Shown in pieces: positions 39,147 through 52,522 of a stretch of 64,000 bases of DNA. The DNA is from Camelus dromedarius (Eukaryota): contig NC_087462.1 of NCBI RefSeq assembly GCF_036321535.1, forward strand, positions 8,556,001 through 8,620,000. The letters run 5' to 3'. The position numbers were made by a program, and so were the translations under genes. The notes beneath the pieces were generated by a model that made no database searches, was not told where the DNA came from, and saw nothing but the letters and a program-made list of their open reading frames with translations. Every line of letters starts with the position of its first letter. The stretch's first letter is position 1.

Positions 39147-39649
39147 NNNNNNNNNNNNNNNNNNNNNNNNNNNNNNNNNNNNNNNNNNNNNNNNNNNNNN
39201 NNNNNNNNNNNNNNNNNNNNNNNNNNNNNNNNNNNNNNNNNNNNNNNNNNNNNNNNNNNNNNNNNNNNNNNNNNNNNNNNNNNNNNNNNNNNNNNNNNNN
39301 NNNNNNNNNNNNNNNNNNNNNNNNNNNNNNNNNNNNNNNNNNNNNNNNNNNNNNNNNNNNNNNNNNNNNNNNNNNNNNNNNNNNNNNNNNNNNNNNNNNN
39401 NNNNNNNNNNNNNNNNNNNNNNNNNNNNNNNNNNNACCAGTGTATCATACTAGAGAGGATACATTTCATGGTTATCTCTTGCTCAGGGCTGACCATGAAC
39501 CAAGTCCCCACCACTGGAGCCTTTTTCAGTCCAAATAGGCAATCTAGTCCATCTCCAGAGCCCCTCTGTCTTCAACCTATCTTCTTTTGACCCTCACCCT
39601 CCCCAGGATCAGCCAAGGGTGCTGAGAGCCATATTCAGAATCAGAAGAC

Positions 39650-39676
39650 ATGAGTAATCCTCAGCCTTTGAAGGAG
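39650..39676 (+). CDS. CASP14: CASP14 first coding exon (MSNPQPLKE)
   Basis: Exon starts near 39607 after ccccag; ATG AGT AAT CCT...GAG|gtaagc; resembles human MSNPRSLEE. Confidence 0.9.
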
Positions 39677-40242
39677 GTAAGCTGGGTGCAGTGTGTGGGG
39701 AGAAGGGTGGGAGCATCTAAGAAGACGGGAGGTGAGGAGCTTAATGTCTCAGAAAAGTGGAGTGGGTGAAAAATCATGACCTGGATTCAGAGCTATAAGG
39801 TGCTCAGTGATCATTCAGATGGAAAAAAAAAAAAGACTCAGAGGTGGAACCCAAGTTGTGGCAGTCAGGGGAAGAGGGGAGGGACCCCTGCTACATTTGT
39901 CTCAATGATAAGATTCTTATCGTTATGGTACTCAGTATCCTGCTTCTCTTCTAAAAAGACATTTTGATCCCAATATCCTTCTTCCACGGATGGGGCAACA
40001 TAGAATCTCAGTCCTAGCTTCAGAAATTCTGAGACTTCTGTAAGAAAGAAAGTAATGCTCAGAAAATGATGGAGAGGGAGACAAAGCCACCAAACATGAT
40101 AACTGAAAGGGACCTTCAAAATCCTCCACCTCCCCACCACGCACACACACATTCATTGTCTATATTTGGAAACTGAAGCTCGAATAGGAGCAGTGACTCA
40201 CCCAAGTTCACTCAGGGCTAAAACAGAGCTGGACTCCAGATT

Positions 40243-40442
40243 GACTTGCCAGGTTTGGCAAATAAAAATAAAGGATGCCCTGTCAAATTTGAATTTCACA
40301 TCACCAGCAAATAATTTTTTAGTGTAAGTATGCCCATGCAATATTTGGGACATACTTATTCTTTAAAACATCGTGTTTTGGTTTTTTTTTTTAATCTGAA
40401 ACTTGAGTGTGCCTGGGCATCCTGTGTTTTACCCAGCAACCC
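40243..40442 (+). mobile_element. MER53 palindromic DNA transposon in CASP14 intron
   Basis: ttgccaggtttggcaaataaaaataaaggatgccc...taagtatgcccatgcaatatttgggacatactta...gggcatcctgtgtttt..gcaaccct. Confidence 0.8.
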
Positions 40443-40527
40443 TAACTCCAAGCCTCTGTGAAACTCAGCTCTTGCTTCTCCTTGACCTCCCGCCTCCTTT
40501 GATGATGTTTGTCTTCTCTTGGCCCAG

Positions 40528-40677
40528 GAAGCATACGACATGTCAGGTGCTCGACTAGCCCTGACACTGTGTGTCACCAAAGCCCGGGAAGGCTCAGAGG
40601 CAGACCTGGATGCCCTGGAACTCATGTTCCAGAAGCTGGGATTTGAGAGCACCATAAAGAGAGACCCCACCGCCCAG
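40528..40677 (+). CDS. CASP14: CASP14 coding exon 2
   Basis: EAYDMSGARLALTLCVTKAREGSEADLDALELMFQKLGFESTIKRDPTAQ; cag/gta sites; 150 nt. Confidence 0.95.
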
Positions 40678-40778
40678 GTACTGTGTTGCCAGCCCCGGGC
40701 CAGCAGGGGAGGGGACTGGCCTGGAAGGAAGGTGGGCTCTGGGGCCACATCTGAATCTGGCCATTCCTCTCACTCCAG

Positions 40779-41004
40779 CAATTCAAGGAAGAGTTGGAAA
40801 AATTCCAGGAAGCCATAGATGCCCGGGAAGACTTTGTCAGCTGTGCTTTTGTGGTGCTCATGGCACATGGGTTAGAAGGTCGCCTCAAAGGGGAGGATGA
40901 GGAGATGGTCAATCTGGAAGACCTCTTCCAGGTTCTGAACAACAAGAATTGTCGAGCCCTGAGAGCCAAGCCTAAGGTGTACATCGTGCAGGCCTGTCGA
41001 GGAG
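40779..41004 (+). CDS. CASP14: CASP14 coding exon 3 (catalytic His AHG and Cys QACRG)
   Basis: QFKEELEKFQEAIDAREDFVSCAFVVLMAHG...PKVYIVQACRG; 226 nt, cag/gtg sites. Confidence 0.97.
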
Positions 41005-41145
41005 GTGGGGACAGAACCGAGAACACAGAACGCCGTCTCAGATCTGGAGCCCCAGCTAAGCCTTGGGTTGCCCATTAGTCTTACGGCCTTCTCCTTTCTC
41101 CATCTTTCTCTCTGATTTTGCCTTTTCCTCTTCTTGATGTTTCAG

Positions 41146-41262
41146 AACAAAGGGACCCTGGCGAAACAGTAGGTGCAGACAATTCTGTGATGGTCGTGAA
41201 ATACAGTCCCGAAACCATCCCAACGTACACAGACACCCTCCATGTCTACTCCACTGTGGAGG
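41146..41262 (+). CDS. CASP14: CASP14 coding exon 4
   Basis: (E)QRDPGETVGADNSVMVVKYSPETIPTYTDTLHVYSTVE; 117 nt. Confidence 0.95.
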
Positions 41263-41448
41263 GTATGAGCTTCCAGCTGACCTAGAGTGACCTGCTCCTC
41301 CACCTTGCCCACTACTCCTGACCCCTGAGACACTCCTCCAAGACCCACCCTTGTCCAAGGCCTCTTGTACCACACACACACACACACACACACATCCCCT
41401 CCCATCCCCATTGGAGCTCCCCTGAGCCTTCTTCTTTGGAATTCCCAG

Positions 41449-41552
41449 GGTACATTGCCTACAGAGATGACAAGAAGGGCTCCTACTTCATCCAGACCCT
41501 GGTTGATGTGTTCACGAATAGGAGAGGACCCATCCTGGAGCTTCTGACAGAA
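41449..41552 (+). CDS. CASP14: CASP14 coding exon 5
   Basis: (G)YIAYRDDKKGSYFIQTLVDVFTNRRGPILELLTE; 104 nt. Confidence 0.95.
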
Positions 41553-42064
41553 GTGAGTTGGGACAATGTACTTGGAACCCCCCACCCAGCCTGCAGGGGG
41601 CAAGCAGAGTGAGCTGAGCCTCTTCCAAACCTTTCTGCATTTTCCCCCTCCCCTGCCCCCAGCTCCAAAGATAACCTGGGTCCCAGCACAGAAACTAGCA
41701 TGCCCATCTCCCAACAATGACCTTCCCTAATGCAGGAAATTCCAAAGCCCATGGTATGTGAGATAATTTAGGTGAAATACAGATAAACTTCTGTAAACAA
41801 ACCCTTCAGGGTTAACCAATGTTTAGGCAACGTTTGGACAATTTGATGGCTATGCGTTATTATGGGGGGTTAAGAAAATATATATATAACAAGAATGTCC
41901 GACCAATAATTCCATAGAGATTATGGTGTAGGATGACACAGTAAAGGTCTCCTGCTTTAGGACACAGAGATCCACCAGCCCTGTTCTCTAACCTTCTCCC
42001 AATAAGCCCATTACACAACTCCCCCAGAGGCCCAGCCCCAAGCTGACCACATCTGTTCCTGCAG

Positions 42065-42169
42065 GTGACCCGGCGCATGGCAAAAGAGGAGCTGGTTCAA
42101 GAAGGGGAAGCAAGGAAAGTGAACCCCGAAATCCAAAGCACTCTTCGGAAACGGCTGTATCTGCAGTAG
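42065..42169 (+). CDS. CASP14: CASP14 last coding exon
   Basis: VTRRMAKEELVQEGEARKVNPEIQSTLRKRLYLQ*; exon total 27+150+226+117+104+105 = 729 nt = 242 aa + stop. Confidence 0.95.
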   Translation: MTRRMAKEELVQEGEARKVNPEIQSTLRKRLYLQ

Positions 42170-44819
42170 AAGTAGAAAGGGCACAGAGGGGCTGTTTCAG
42201 GTGCTCTCTCTGCCCCACAGATACTCAGAGGCAGCTCTCACTACTTCTCCCAAAGCTAAATGGCACCCACCTCTCTTTCATCACACCTTTCATGCAGGTT
42301 CTCCTTCAATCTATCCCTGTCCTTCCTAGGGTGAGCCAACTAAAACCAAGCACAAGGTATGGCAGTAACATTAACATCACCTCCCTCAGGCTGGACTCTC
42401 TCTCTATAAATGCAACCTAAGAGGGCATTCATTTATCCCACTCTCTGGTTTCATGCTCAGCTGAAACCCTCTTCTTTCTGCCATGAATCATACCTATACA
42501 AATGTAACTGGATAAAGCTCAAGATTTTCCACCGTTAAACCAGTACCCACTCAGCACCTCCCACTCCAATCAAACCTTCACTGGCTCTGGAATTTCACTA
42601 AGAGTTATAACCTCCTCCTGAGAACCACATCCATTCCCATCTCCCAGAGATTCTCTCCCAACCTCTGGAAATTCAGCAAGGCAAGAATTGTTCTCTCTCC
42701 AAGACCCCTCTTTCTTGGCTAGCAAGCCGGTGCCTTGACACCATTCTCCTCATGGACTCTCTCTGGCTAATGGAGCTGCTTCTTCCTTTTCTGGATCTCT
42801 CCCTCCTAACTAATGCCACCTCCACCCACTGCAAGGCTCTGGGCTCTGCCATCTTTCCAGGACAATCCATCCATTCACCCATCCTTACAGTTTCAACTTT
42901 CAACCACTCTGAATCAGAGCATGTTGGAGTTATGGCAAATCCCCTAGTGTCACCCTGGTTATTTTTCCGACAACGTGACCGAGGTCCAGAGAGGTTAAAT
43001 GGCTTGTCAAACACCACACAGTAAGTGAGTGGCAGGGCCAAGATCTGGCTTCCAGCCCAGCCCCCTTTCCACTGCCTACTAAGTCTTGGTCCATCAGAAA
43101 ACTTTTCTAACTAGAGGAGCTGCCTAGTAAAAGTTCTTCTGACCTTGGAGGTAGGGGCTCCCGGAAGATGTCTAAAAATCCTCAACAAACCAGCAGTCAA
43201 GGCCAGGTTACTTCGATGGAATTCTGGTATTGGGCTATTAGCTGGATTAGAGGCACTGTCTTCCAAGTCTATAATGCATGTCTACCTATCTCCAGCCCTG
43301 ACTTTTCCCAGTGAAACAAACTGTGGTCATGGCCACCATCATTGAAAACTCATGGCTTAAAGATGAGTCTTTAGTTCCTAGTCCATCCTCCAAGTGTTCC
43401 CTGGACCTCAAACCTCTGTGGTTAGCTAGGACTCCCCTCTTCCTGCATCCTTCATATGCCACTAGCCTGACTGGCTTTGAAACGGTTCTCTTTCCTGTCT
43501 TCCCTTACAAGTCATCCTCTTGTCCCCTCCTTGCTTGCCTGCATCTTTGCACCAATTTCCTTCCTTGCCTCTGTGCCCACCCATCTCACCCCTCCTCTGC
43601 CCTCCACACCATCTACAATTCTTGATCACCCTAGAACACTCAAGAAGACACAGTGGTGCCTCACTATTTAGAGATCAAGACCAAACTCCACATCCTGATT
43701 TCTCATAACTTTACAATTCTACCCTCTACCAGCAGTCAGTCTCATTTCCCACCTTCCCCACTCTGAATTCACTCTTCCAACAAGACTATTGTCTTCTTAC
43801 TCATCTCTGCCTCTAAGCCCCAAGCTTGAGTGTACTCTCTCCCTTTACCCTCTTCCCACTACCTCCAACCCCTACTTATTCCAGAAAACCATTCCTAATA
43901 TTCTTTCTGGTTGATTCTGCTCTCTCGCCTAAGATGAGACACTGAAATTATAATTTATCCAGGGCAGGGAACAAGTCTTTGATCAACCTAATGGGTGTTC
44001 AATAAACAGTTGTCCAACTTTAAAAGAATGTGTTGGAATCTTTGCTCTGTGCTTAAATAGTGAGGCTGGTGTGAAAGGCATTATGAATTTAGTTTCTTTT
44101 TCCTGATGGTCAGCTGCCTCCCAGGTATGTTTATCATGAACAGAGAATCCGGAGACTCTTCCTTTTCATAAAAGCAGATGTGTTGGGAATTTGTAAAGTT
44201 AGAGGCCACACTTCCACCAAGTGGCTATGGCTATATTTTACCTGACTGGTCCATCTCTAGAATGTCCCCAAGGAAGAATCTAGACACAGAAGTGTAGATT
44301 TCAGAACTCGAAGAGACCTTGGAGATCAATCTGTTACAGGATCACAAGTATTTAGCAAGCATGCCACCTCTCTCTATCTAGGCGCCCATGGCAGACATGA
44401 CTAATCAATCATGGCTTCTTTCCTACCAAACTAGAGTATAGCCTCAGTCCTTCTCTTCCCAGCACCCCAGGAAGCATAGGCATATCATTCCAAATCCAGC
44501 TGAACCCCTTCATTAGAAAGTGATTTGTGTATGGTCACCAGGTGTTTAAGTAATAGACCCAGAGCTCCTCTGTAAAAGCCATGGCAGCAGTCAGTGGGAG
44601 TAAGGATGGTAAAGAAAGTACTCATCCTAAGACAAGGGTGAGTACACACAGCTAAGTAGATCCAGGGTGACGTACAGGATGTACTGACTCCTGTACACCC
44701 ACCCATGGGCAAACTGTGGTCCAAACAGGGGTCCAATGATTGACACCCATGATCCAAACAGTGGTCCAGCTGTGGTCCAACCGGCTGAATACAGGTGTCA
44801 GCAAATGATGGGCTGCTCA

Positions 44820-45015
44820 TCAAATCTAGCTTGCATGTTGTTTTTATAAATAAAGCTTTATTAGCACACAGTCATACTCATTCATATACATACTATCAAT
44901 GGCTACTTTCACTCTACAATGGCAGACTTGAGTAGTTACAACAGACAACCCACGGCTGGCAAAGCTGAAAATACTTACTATCTGGCCCTTTACAGAAAAA
45001 GTGTGCCAACCCCTG
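44820..45015 (+). mobile_element. MER58A-like DNA transposon
   Basis: ttttataaataaagctttattagcacacag...actatctggccctttacagaaaaagtgtgccaacccctg. Confidence 0.75.
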
Positions 45016-46989
45016 CCCTAATATCCTTCCAAAAAATTCCCATTTTGCTGAAATCAGCCAGAGTTGCTCACCACCAAGAACCATGCCTGAAACAGCAGGC
45101 AGCACGGTGATGAAATCCATGGCTTAATTCTCCAAGGCCTCTGATTCACAGTTTGCCCCACCCTTGCAATTGTTTAGTAGAGATTTGAAAGTTTATTATT
45201 GAGTGTCAGAGGAAGATCTGGGTTTTGTGGGACACGTGCAATTGGTGCTGGAGGTGTATTTCCTTAAGAAAAATACAAAAGTACTAACACAGCATTAGTG
45301 CAGCCATGTGAGCCCATTGTCAGGCCTCTCCCAGGGCCTTGGAGGGGCCTATAAAGTGAGGGTCCTGCAGTTCATGCTGTGTGACCTTCACAGTGAATCC
45401 ACCTCTCCTCTGTCCACCACCTGTTCTACAAGCCATTCTCCACCAGCAGTCAGAACAATCTTTTGAAATAAAAATCTGGCTTGCTGTGCATCTTCTTAAA
45501 ATCTTTCAGTGGTCTTCTACTGCTCCTTGGATAAGTAAAAAGTCTTGATTCAACTTCTAGTTCTGATGTTCTCATCTCTACTCCCTTCCTGTTTCTGCCC
45601 CCAGGGACTTTGGCCTTCTATTCCCCCAGATAGGCTCTTTCTCCCCTCAGGTCCCTTTGTCCAGATCATTTCTCCCAACCATCTCTTTGTCATTCATATT
45701 ACACCTCAAATATCTTTTTTTTCCAGAAAATTCTCCCTGTCCATCACCCCAGACAAGATCCAAGTTTACTGCTCTTTGAAGACTTTTTCTTCAAACCACG
45801 GTCATACTTTAAAATTACGTCTTTAGCTTTGTGATTATTTATTTAAAATCTAGCTCTTCCACTGCCTGGCTCCAAGACTAGACTTCTGTGGTCATCAGCC
45901 TGTGAGATTCAGGGGTCATTTGTTACTGCAGTGTAACCTAACCTATGCTGGCTGATACACCAGAAAATGTTAAAGGTGTAGAGGAACCAGGTTACAAGCA
46001 CACATTAAAATGAAAGATAATATGAAGCTCCTAGCAGCCAAGTAAGAAATTCACAGAATCTGTGAGACAAAAACAAATCCAGTTCCTATGTCTAGGAGAA
46101 GTTTACTTTGATCATGTTAAAAGTGTATCTACCTAATCGTTTTTCTATAAATTCATGTATCAAATCATCATGTTGTACACTTTAAACTTACACAATGTCC
46201 TATGTCAATTATCTCTCCATAAAGCTGAAAATTTTTTAACTAAAAAAATTCTTAATTTTTAAAAAGTGTATCCACTAACAAGGGAAACAGAAGAATCAAT
46301 GTCCTAAGCCATTTTAAAAGCCCCCATTCAGCACATGACTCAAGAAAAGTGATGGGATGTCTAGCTTTGAGAACTTGGAATACAAACTGGTCTGCCTTCA
46401 TTCTGACTGGTTCGGCTACTTGGGAAATAAAACATTTCAGCTATTTATGAAGTTGTCCTTACAGGTGATCAATTATAGGAAATGAGGTCAGTTGGCCAAT
46501 TAATTTAACTTCTTTGCCCATAATCCACACCCATGGCCTCAAGTTGGGTTCCTTATGCCCAGTTGGCTTCTGGTTACATTCTGACCACATGAGACACAAG
46601 AGAGAGAGACAGGAAGGAGGAGGAGGGACACAGGACTTGAATCTTCCTGTCTTGGGAGCCAGCAGTATCAGATCATTCCAGTTTTCAACTTTTTTGGCCC
46701 ACACGCAGAACCAGCCTTATCAGGCCCCCTGAAATATACCAGCACCAGCTAGTGAGCAGCCCCTCCTCATAGGCTGGGTACCAGATCCACGTGGCACACT
46801 CCTCTCCCTCCTCTGTGCTTCTAGGATCTGATAGCCTCAACTCTTCCCTTTGTTCCCCAGGTCTAGTCCGGTCAGTCGATTCCCACAAGAACTATCTCTG
46901 TTTTAACCCTAGTATTGCCTTCTTGCCTTTCCAATCCCCCACTACGTGTATAATCAATTCTCACATTAAATTCTCTCTGTTAAAATAAC

Positions 46990-48070
46990 GAGTGTTTTTA
47001 CAACGTGGATAAACTTTGAAAACATTATGCTCAGCACAATAAGCTGGACACAAAAGGAGAAATAGTGTATACTTCCATTTATATGAGGTACTCAGAATAG
47101 GCAAATTTGTAAAGACACGAAGTAGATTAGAAGTTACCAGTAGCTGGGGGCAGCTATTATTTAGTGATTAGAGTTTCTGTTTGGGGTGATGAAAAAGTTT
47201 TAGAAATAGGTAATGGTGTTGGTTGCACATTATGAATGTAATTCATTTCACTGAATTGTACGCTTTAAAATGGTTAAAAGGTCAAATTTTATATCATATA
47301 TATATTAGCACAATTTTTTAAAATTAACAATGTAAGATACTAAAAAACAGTGAATGGAACAATTTAAATGGGTAAATTAGATGGTATGTGAATTGTATCT
47401 CAATAAAGCTGTTTTTAAAAAAATAGTATCTTGGTTGCTCTGCAGTGAATAAAACTATCTTAAAGTTTTTAAAACTCCCTCTGTGATTGCAACGGAATTC
47501 TTCAGATACACCAAAGACCATTGAATCTTTTATTTTCAAAGGGTAAATTTTGGGTGTGCAAATTATATGTCAGTAAATTATTTTAAAAGGAAATGGTTAC
47601 CAATTATGATAAGCAGAAAGTCAGTATCACTTGCCATAAATAGGAAATAAGCATAAAAATATTATTCAGCCATGAGAAAGAAGGAAATCCTGCCACTTGC
47701 AACAGCACGGATAGACCTTGAAGGCACTATGTTAAGTGAGATAAGCCAGACAGAGAAACAATAACATTGTATGAAATCACTTATATGTGGAATCTTTAAA
47801 AGCTGAATTTGTAGAAAAAGAGGGTAGAATGGTAGTTTCCCAGGGGCTAGGAGGCTGCGAAACTGGGGAGATGTTTTAAAGGGTACAAACCTGCAACTTA
47901 TAAGATGAGTAAGTTCTGAAGATCTAACGCACGGCATACTAATTATAGTCAATAACGCCGTATTATAGACTTCAAAGTTGCTAAGAGACTGGATTGTAAG
48001 TGTTCTTGCCCCAAAAAAGAAAGGATAATTCATATTATGCAATAGAGGTGTTAGCTAATGCTGTTCAATG
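46990..48070 (+). mobile_element. Cluster of L1M 3' end fragments
   Basis: aactttgaaaacattatgctc..., aggaaatcctgccacttgcaacagcacggatagaccttgaaggc... Confidence 0.75.
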
Positions 48071-48178
48071 GAAAATGAGGAGCTTTGAAAATATTAAGGA
48101 TATGAAAATATCGCCAAGATAAGTGAGAAATAAAGCAGTATTACTGTGTGCTACTTTTATGTACAAAAAAGTGGAAGA

Positions 48179-48179
<1 letters not shown>

Positions 48180-48218
<39 letters not shown>
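48180..48218 (+). repeat. (TG)n microsatellite, about 19 units
   Basis: Direct reading. Confidence 0.95.
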
Positions 48219-48221
<3 letters not shown>

Positions 48222-49552
48222 TGGAGAAACCCTGGAAGTGTACACAAGAAACCATGAACAAGGGTTATCCATTGAGGGAGGCTTGTTAAGAACTGGAGGG
48301 ATGAGGATGCGGATTGGGGGAGAGAATTTCATTATTTCATTGCATGACTGCTTTCTTAACCAAGAGCTAGTATTACACATTTTAAAAGTTAACATTTCTA
48401 AGACGTCGAAAAAAACTTTGGGAAGAAAGTATAAGTAGAAATGTTCCAGGAGACAGAGAGGCTTCCTGGGGAAACAGAAATGGGAGTCATGACACGGACA
48501 TCCCAACACCAAAGAACACAGTCCACCACAATTGTTGGTGGGCAAACATAGGAGAGAGATTCCCTAATCCCCGGTCAAAGTGGGGTTGGTAGAGATACAA
48601 CAGGTTACTGAAGACGGATCCCTTCACGTGGCTGACAAGAAGTCGTTTTTAACAAGGATGTGGTGTGAAACCCCCGTGCCAAGCACAGCACCCGACCTAT
48701 GGTCAAGAAGTGTTTGATAAATTTACTTACTTGACATATATTTATCGATCATTTATTACTTTCTAGGAGTTTTTGTTGGTGAACCCAACAGTGTAAATTC
48801 CCTTCCATCGTGATGGGATGAGTGAAAGGACATCAATTCAGGCATCTGAGCACCCTGCCGAGGGGCTTGGACCTCCAGACCACCCTGCCTGAGAACTTCC
48901 ACGAGGCTCAGTCTGGGCTGGGAGGAGACACTGCACTGGTGGGGCTATCCTAGTGAGAGTGAATCCCTAGTGACGTCTCCATTTCCCCACTCACTCCATC
49001 ATCCCAAAGCAACATACCCCTGAGAATGGGCCACAAGTGGCAAGAATCAAAAGAAAATAATTAGCATCTTCTTTCTAAACAAGAAGCCATGGGATTGCAA
49101 TGCCCAAGAGCCCCCAAACCATAAATACCCTGCTGTGTCCCTGGTCCCCCGCTCACACACCCCAGGCTGGGGTGGGAACACATGATTTCCCCCCACCGCA
49201 TCAGACTCACCCCGGCCGTCACAGCTGAGTGGTCTCCTCAAGCCGTTCCTTGTGGCTGAGCACTGACCTCAGAATCCTCTGCGGGTCCGTGGAGAAGGAG
49301 TATGCCAAGGCCATACTCTTGATAATACAATCCTGGTAAGTCAGCCGAGGATGCAGAAGGGGAGTGAGTTGGATGGGGTCGGAGAAGAGAAATTTCTTTC
49401 TTTCCTTCCTGGATGGAGGGGGAGAGAGAGAGAAGTGACTGCGACTAATTCTATACCCTCTGAGTGGACAAAAGGTACAGGGAGCAGACCCTCTGTAGCT
49501 GGACATGTGGAGAAAATGCATTTAGGGTCTGTGGTTGGTGGACACTGGTAAA

Positions 49553-49740
49553 CAGCTTTCTCCAATGTGGCGGTTCTCCAGGTGTGGTCCTGGGTCAGCA
49601 GCAGCAGCACCCCCTTGGGAACTTCCTAGAAGGGCTGATTCTCAAGCCCCATCCCAGACACTCTGAGACATGGGCACAGCCCCTGGTGTTTTACCAGCCC
49701 CCTGGGGACACTGATGTATGATTAAGGCTGAGAACCACTG
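49553..49740 (+). mobile_element. MER5A-like DNA transposon
   Basis: ggttctccaggtgtggtcctgggtcagcagcagcagcacc...ttaaggctgagaaccactg. Confidence 0.7.
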
Positions 49741-52522
49741 CCCTAGTGCAACCAAGGACTTCATGTCAACAACCAAAGACAGTTGCAGCTGTGTCGCCAG
49801 GGTCTCACAGCAGTACGCGCAGCCCAGAGAAGCCTGAGAATCACCTCGCAGACACCTCGAACCCAGCTCTAAAAAGCCTTGAAAAGTCAGAGAAGTCTCT
49901 GCTGCAGATCTCTTGAGGCTATCCTGCTAGCCTTCCTAAAAGCCCCCTTTCATCGCCTCTCTCCCCTCTAATGGTCCTCCTCCTCATATCAAGTATTTGC
50001 ACCTCTTCCTTGTTCTTGAAGCACCTTGGGGTCACCTACCACCTTTCTTATACAGACCTACCTATGTACGATGTTCTATTTATTTCAGCAAACCTTAAAT
50101 CTTTCCAGAGGACAATGTTCCTTGGACGGCAGGGAAATAAGATTCTAAAACACTTGGAGTTGAAGAGTTTTACCTAGCACGTGTTGACAGCACACAGTTA
50201 GCTTTGCAATGCCACAGCTCATAAAGGGGTGTGAGTGGCCGTACTCAGAGGCAACAGAGTGAGAGTGAAAATAAATCTCAGTTCAGATGAGGGACCGAGC
50301 ACTTGCAGGCTGAGCGCCCCTAGCATCTCTCTCAGCCCCAGTCTTCTCATCGACAGCTGTGGCCAACACCGTCTCCCTCTCTGAGTTGTTGTGAGACCTA
50401 CATGCAAAGAAACTGTGGCTCCTGAGAAGGCTCATAAGTGAAAGAAAGGGTAAATATATCCACTGGGAAATGGGGACTTGGAAAGGCAAACGCAACCAGG
50501 CTTTGGCAGTCTTGCACGAATGCAATAAAGACCCATTTTCTCTGGGCTTTGATACGAAGCTGTTTAGTCCCAATAAATAATGGGGACTTTCTAAATAGGT
50601 GCGGAAATAAAGCTAGGGTCATACCCATTAGCGATTTTAAATGGATGACTGAGAAGAGTATCAGGACCTGCCTACGTGCTTGCACTCCTTTAAACCTTAC
50701 TCTCTCGTATACACTCCTTTAGTCAGTGTTTTTATATTGGTTCATGTCAGCGTGTTACTTTATAAACTCGCTTTTCTTGTCATCATATTAACTCCAGGAA
50801 TAAGTATCTGGCACACCCTGCTTTCCATCAAGGAGGCATGTGATCACACCTTTGTCGTTTCTATGAAAACAGCGTAACTTTGAATAGTCCTGGCTTTGTC
50901 TGGAAGTTTGCGTTTTGAATAAACTTTTTAACAGCTGTTTGGCGTGATATAACAATGTATATTTTACAGAGGGTGCAAAACTGTTTCAATTGGCAGTGAC
51001 AGTTTGCCTAGAACATAAGAAAATATAAAATTTCTTGTCCTGCAAAGCGACTGCTGAGGGCAAATAGGCTTTCAAAACACTGTTAGCTCTAAAGCTCCAT
51101 AATTTCTTTTTTTTACTATGAAAAAAAAAGAATTTTTACTCTTCAAAACCTTAACCAACTCTCTAGGTTCATCTATAGACTCTGTTTCCCCTGAAAATGT
51201 ACTGACTGCTGTCCCAGTACACTGAATGCCCTAGGCTAAAAGGCTACTCACTAGCTTGATGAAACATTTCTGCTTAATTAAGTTGAGTCATTTTACGTAA
51301 TCCCAAACCTGATTATGCTGATTGTAGTTGCTACTGCAATTGTATCATCTAAATAATACGNNNNNNNNNNNNNNNNNNNNNNNNNNNNNNNNNNNNNNNN
51401 NNNNNNNNNNNNNNNNNNNNNNNNNNNNNNNNNNNNNNNNNNNNNNNNNNNNNNNNNNNNNNNNNNNNNNNNNNNNNNNNNNNNNNNNNNNNNNNNNNNN
51501 NNNNNNNNNNNNNNNNGAAAGGAAGAGACAGGGAAATGTGGTTTTATGAAATTCAAGCTGAATAGTTTGTAAAGACTTAATAATAAAAAGGAATCACTTT
51601 AAAAAAAAAAAAAGTGCTGTCAAGGGGATAGAGTATATAGCTCAGTGGTAGTATGCATGCTTATTTTGCACCTAGATTGTTTTGCAAGGATCCCTAATTT
51701 TTTGTTCCACATTAATGAAACACACTGGAGCAAAGATTTCAGCCTATGCGTATGGCTGAGGCCAGGCGGTTGCTACAGAGCCACCACCAATGCATTCACG
51801 CGCAGAGAAAAGAACTTGGCACGCATTCAAGGGCCCAGTGAACAAATTCACATACTTGACTTAAGTTAAAATGTGAAAGGGATGTTTGTGCACATTTATG
51901 TTCCCATCTTTTTGCAGGAATTTTCAACACTCATCCTCATCACAACAAAGGAGAGGTGGGTCTACCGTGGTGATCATGTGGTAGCAGATCATAAAGTGTC
52001 CCTAACGAACCTGAAGTTCCTCGGAAGCAGTGGAAGAGTGTCATTTGTCCTTATATCCTTAGCCATTAACCCCAAACTGATGCTAAAATTACACCTTGTA
52101 GATGGAAGGATGAAAGAGAGGGAGGAAAGAAAAGAGACAAAGATAAGGGGAAAGGAAGAGAAAGAAGAAAAAAGGATGATCAGTTTCCCTTTTTAAAACT
52201 GTGTAAGGTTTCAGTTTCGGTTTGATTTCTCTCAATTTTGTTTTCTGTAAAGTTTTGCTCCATTGAAGAGAAATAAGGGTATTTATGGACAATACCCAAG
52301 GTGTCTCTAAGCAATTAAGTTAGACCTTTGACACTGTCTCAGTTTGGGGAAGCAGAAAGCCACTAAATGGAGCCTAACACTAAGATTTGCTGTAAGGATT
52401 CTATGGATTCCCACAGAACCTACAGGCCTGTGGGGAGCTGGGACTGGAGCTCCGGCTCCGACTCCCAGCTTTATGTCGCTCCCTTCTCCCCTTTTTTCTT
52501 TCATAGTAGACACAGGCTGTCC

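Noticed and set aside
39650-42169. CASP14 inactivation, as seen in cetaceans
   Set aside because: All six coding exons splice in frame to 242 aa with the catalytic His and Cys intact.
50920-50935. aactttttaacag resembling the OR enhancer 13-mer AACTTTTTAATGA
   Set aside because: It lacks the TAAT core, and the context looks like an old antisense L1 3' end.
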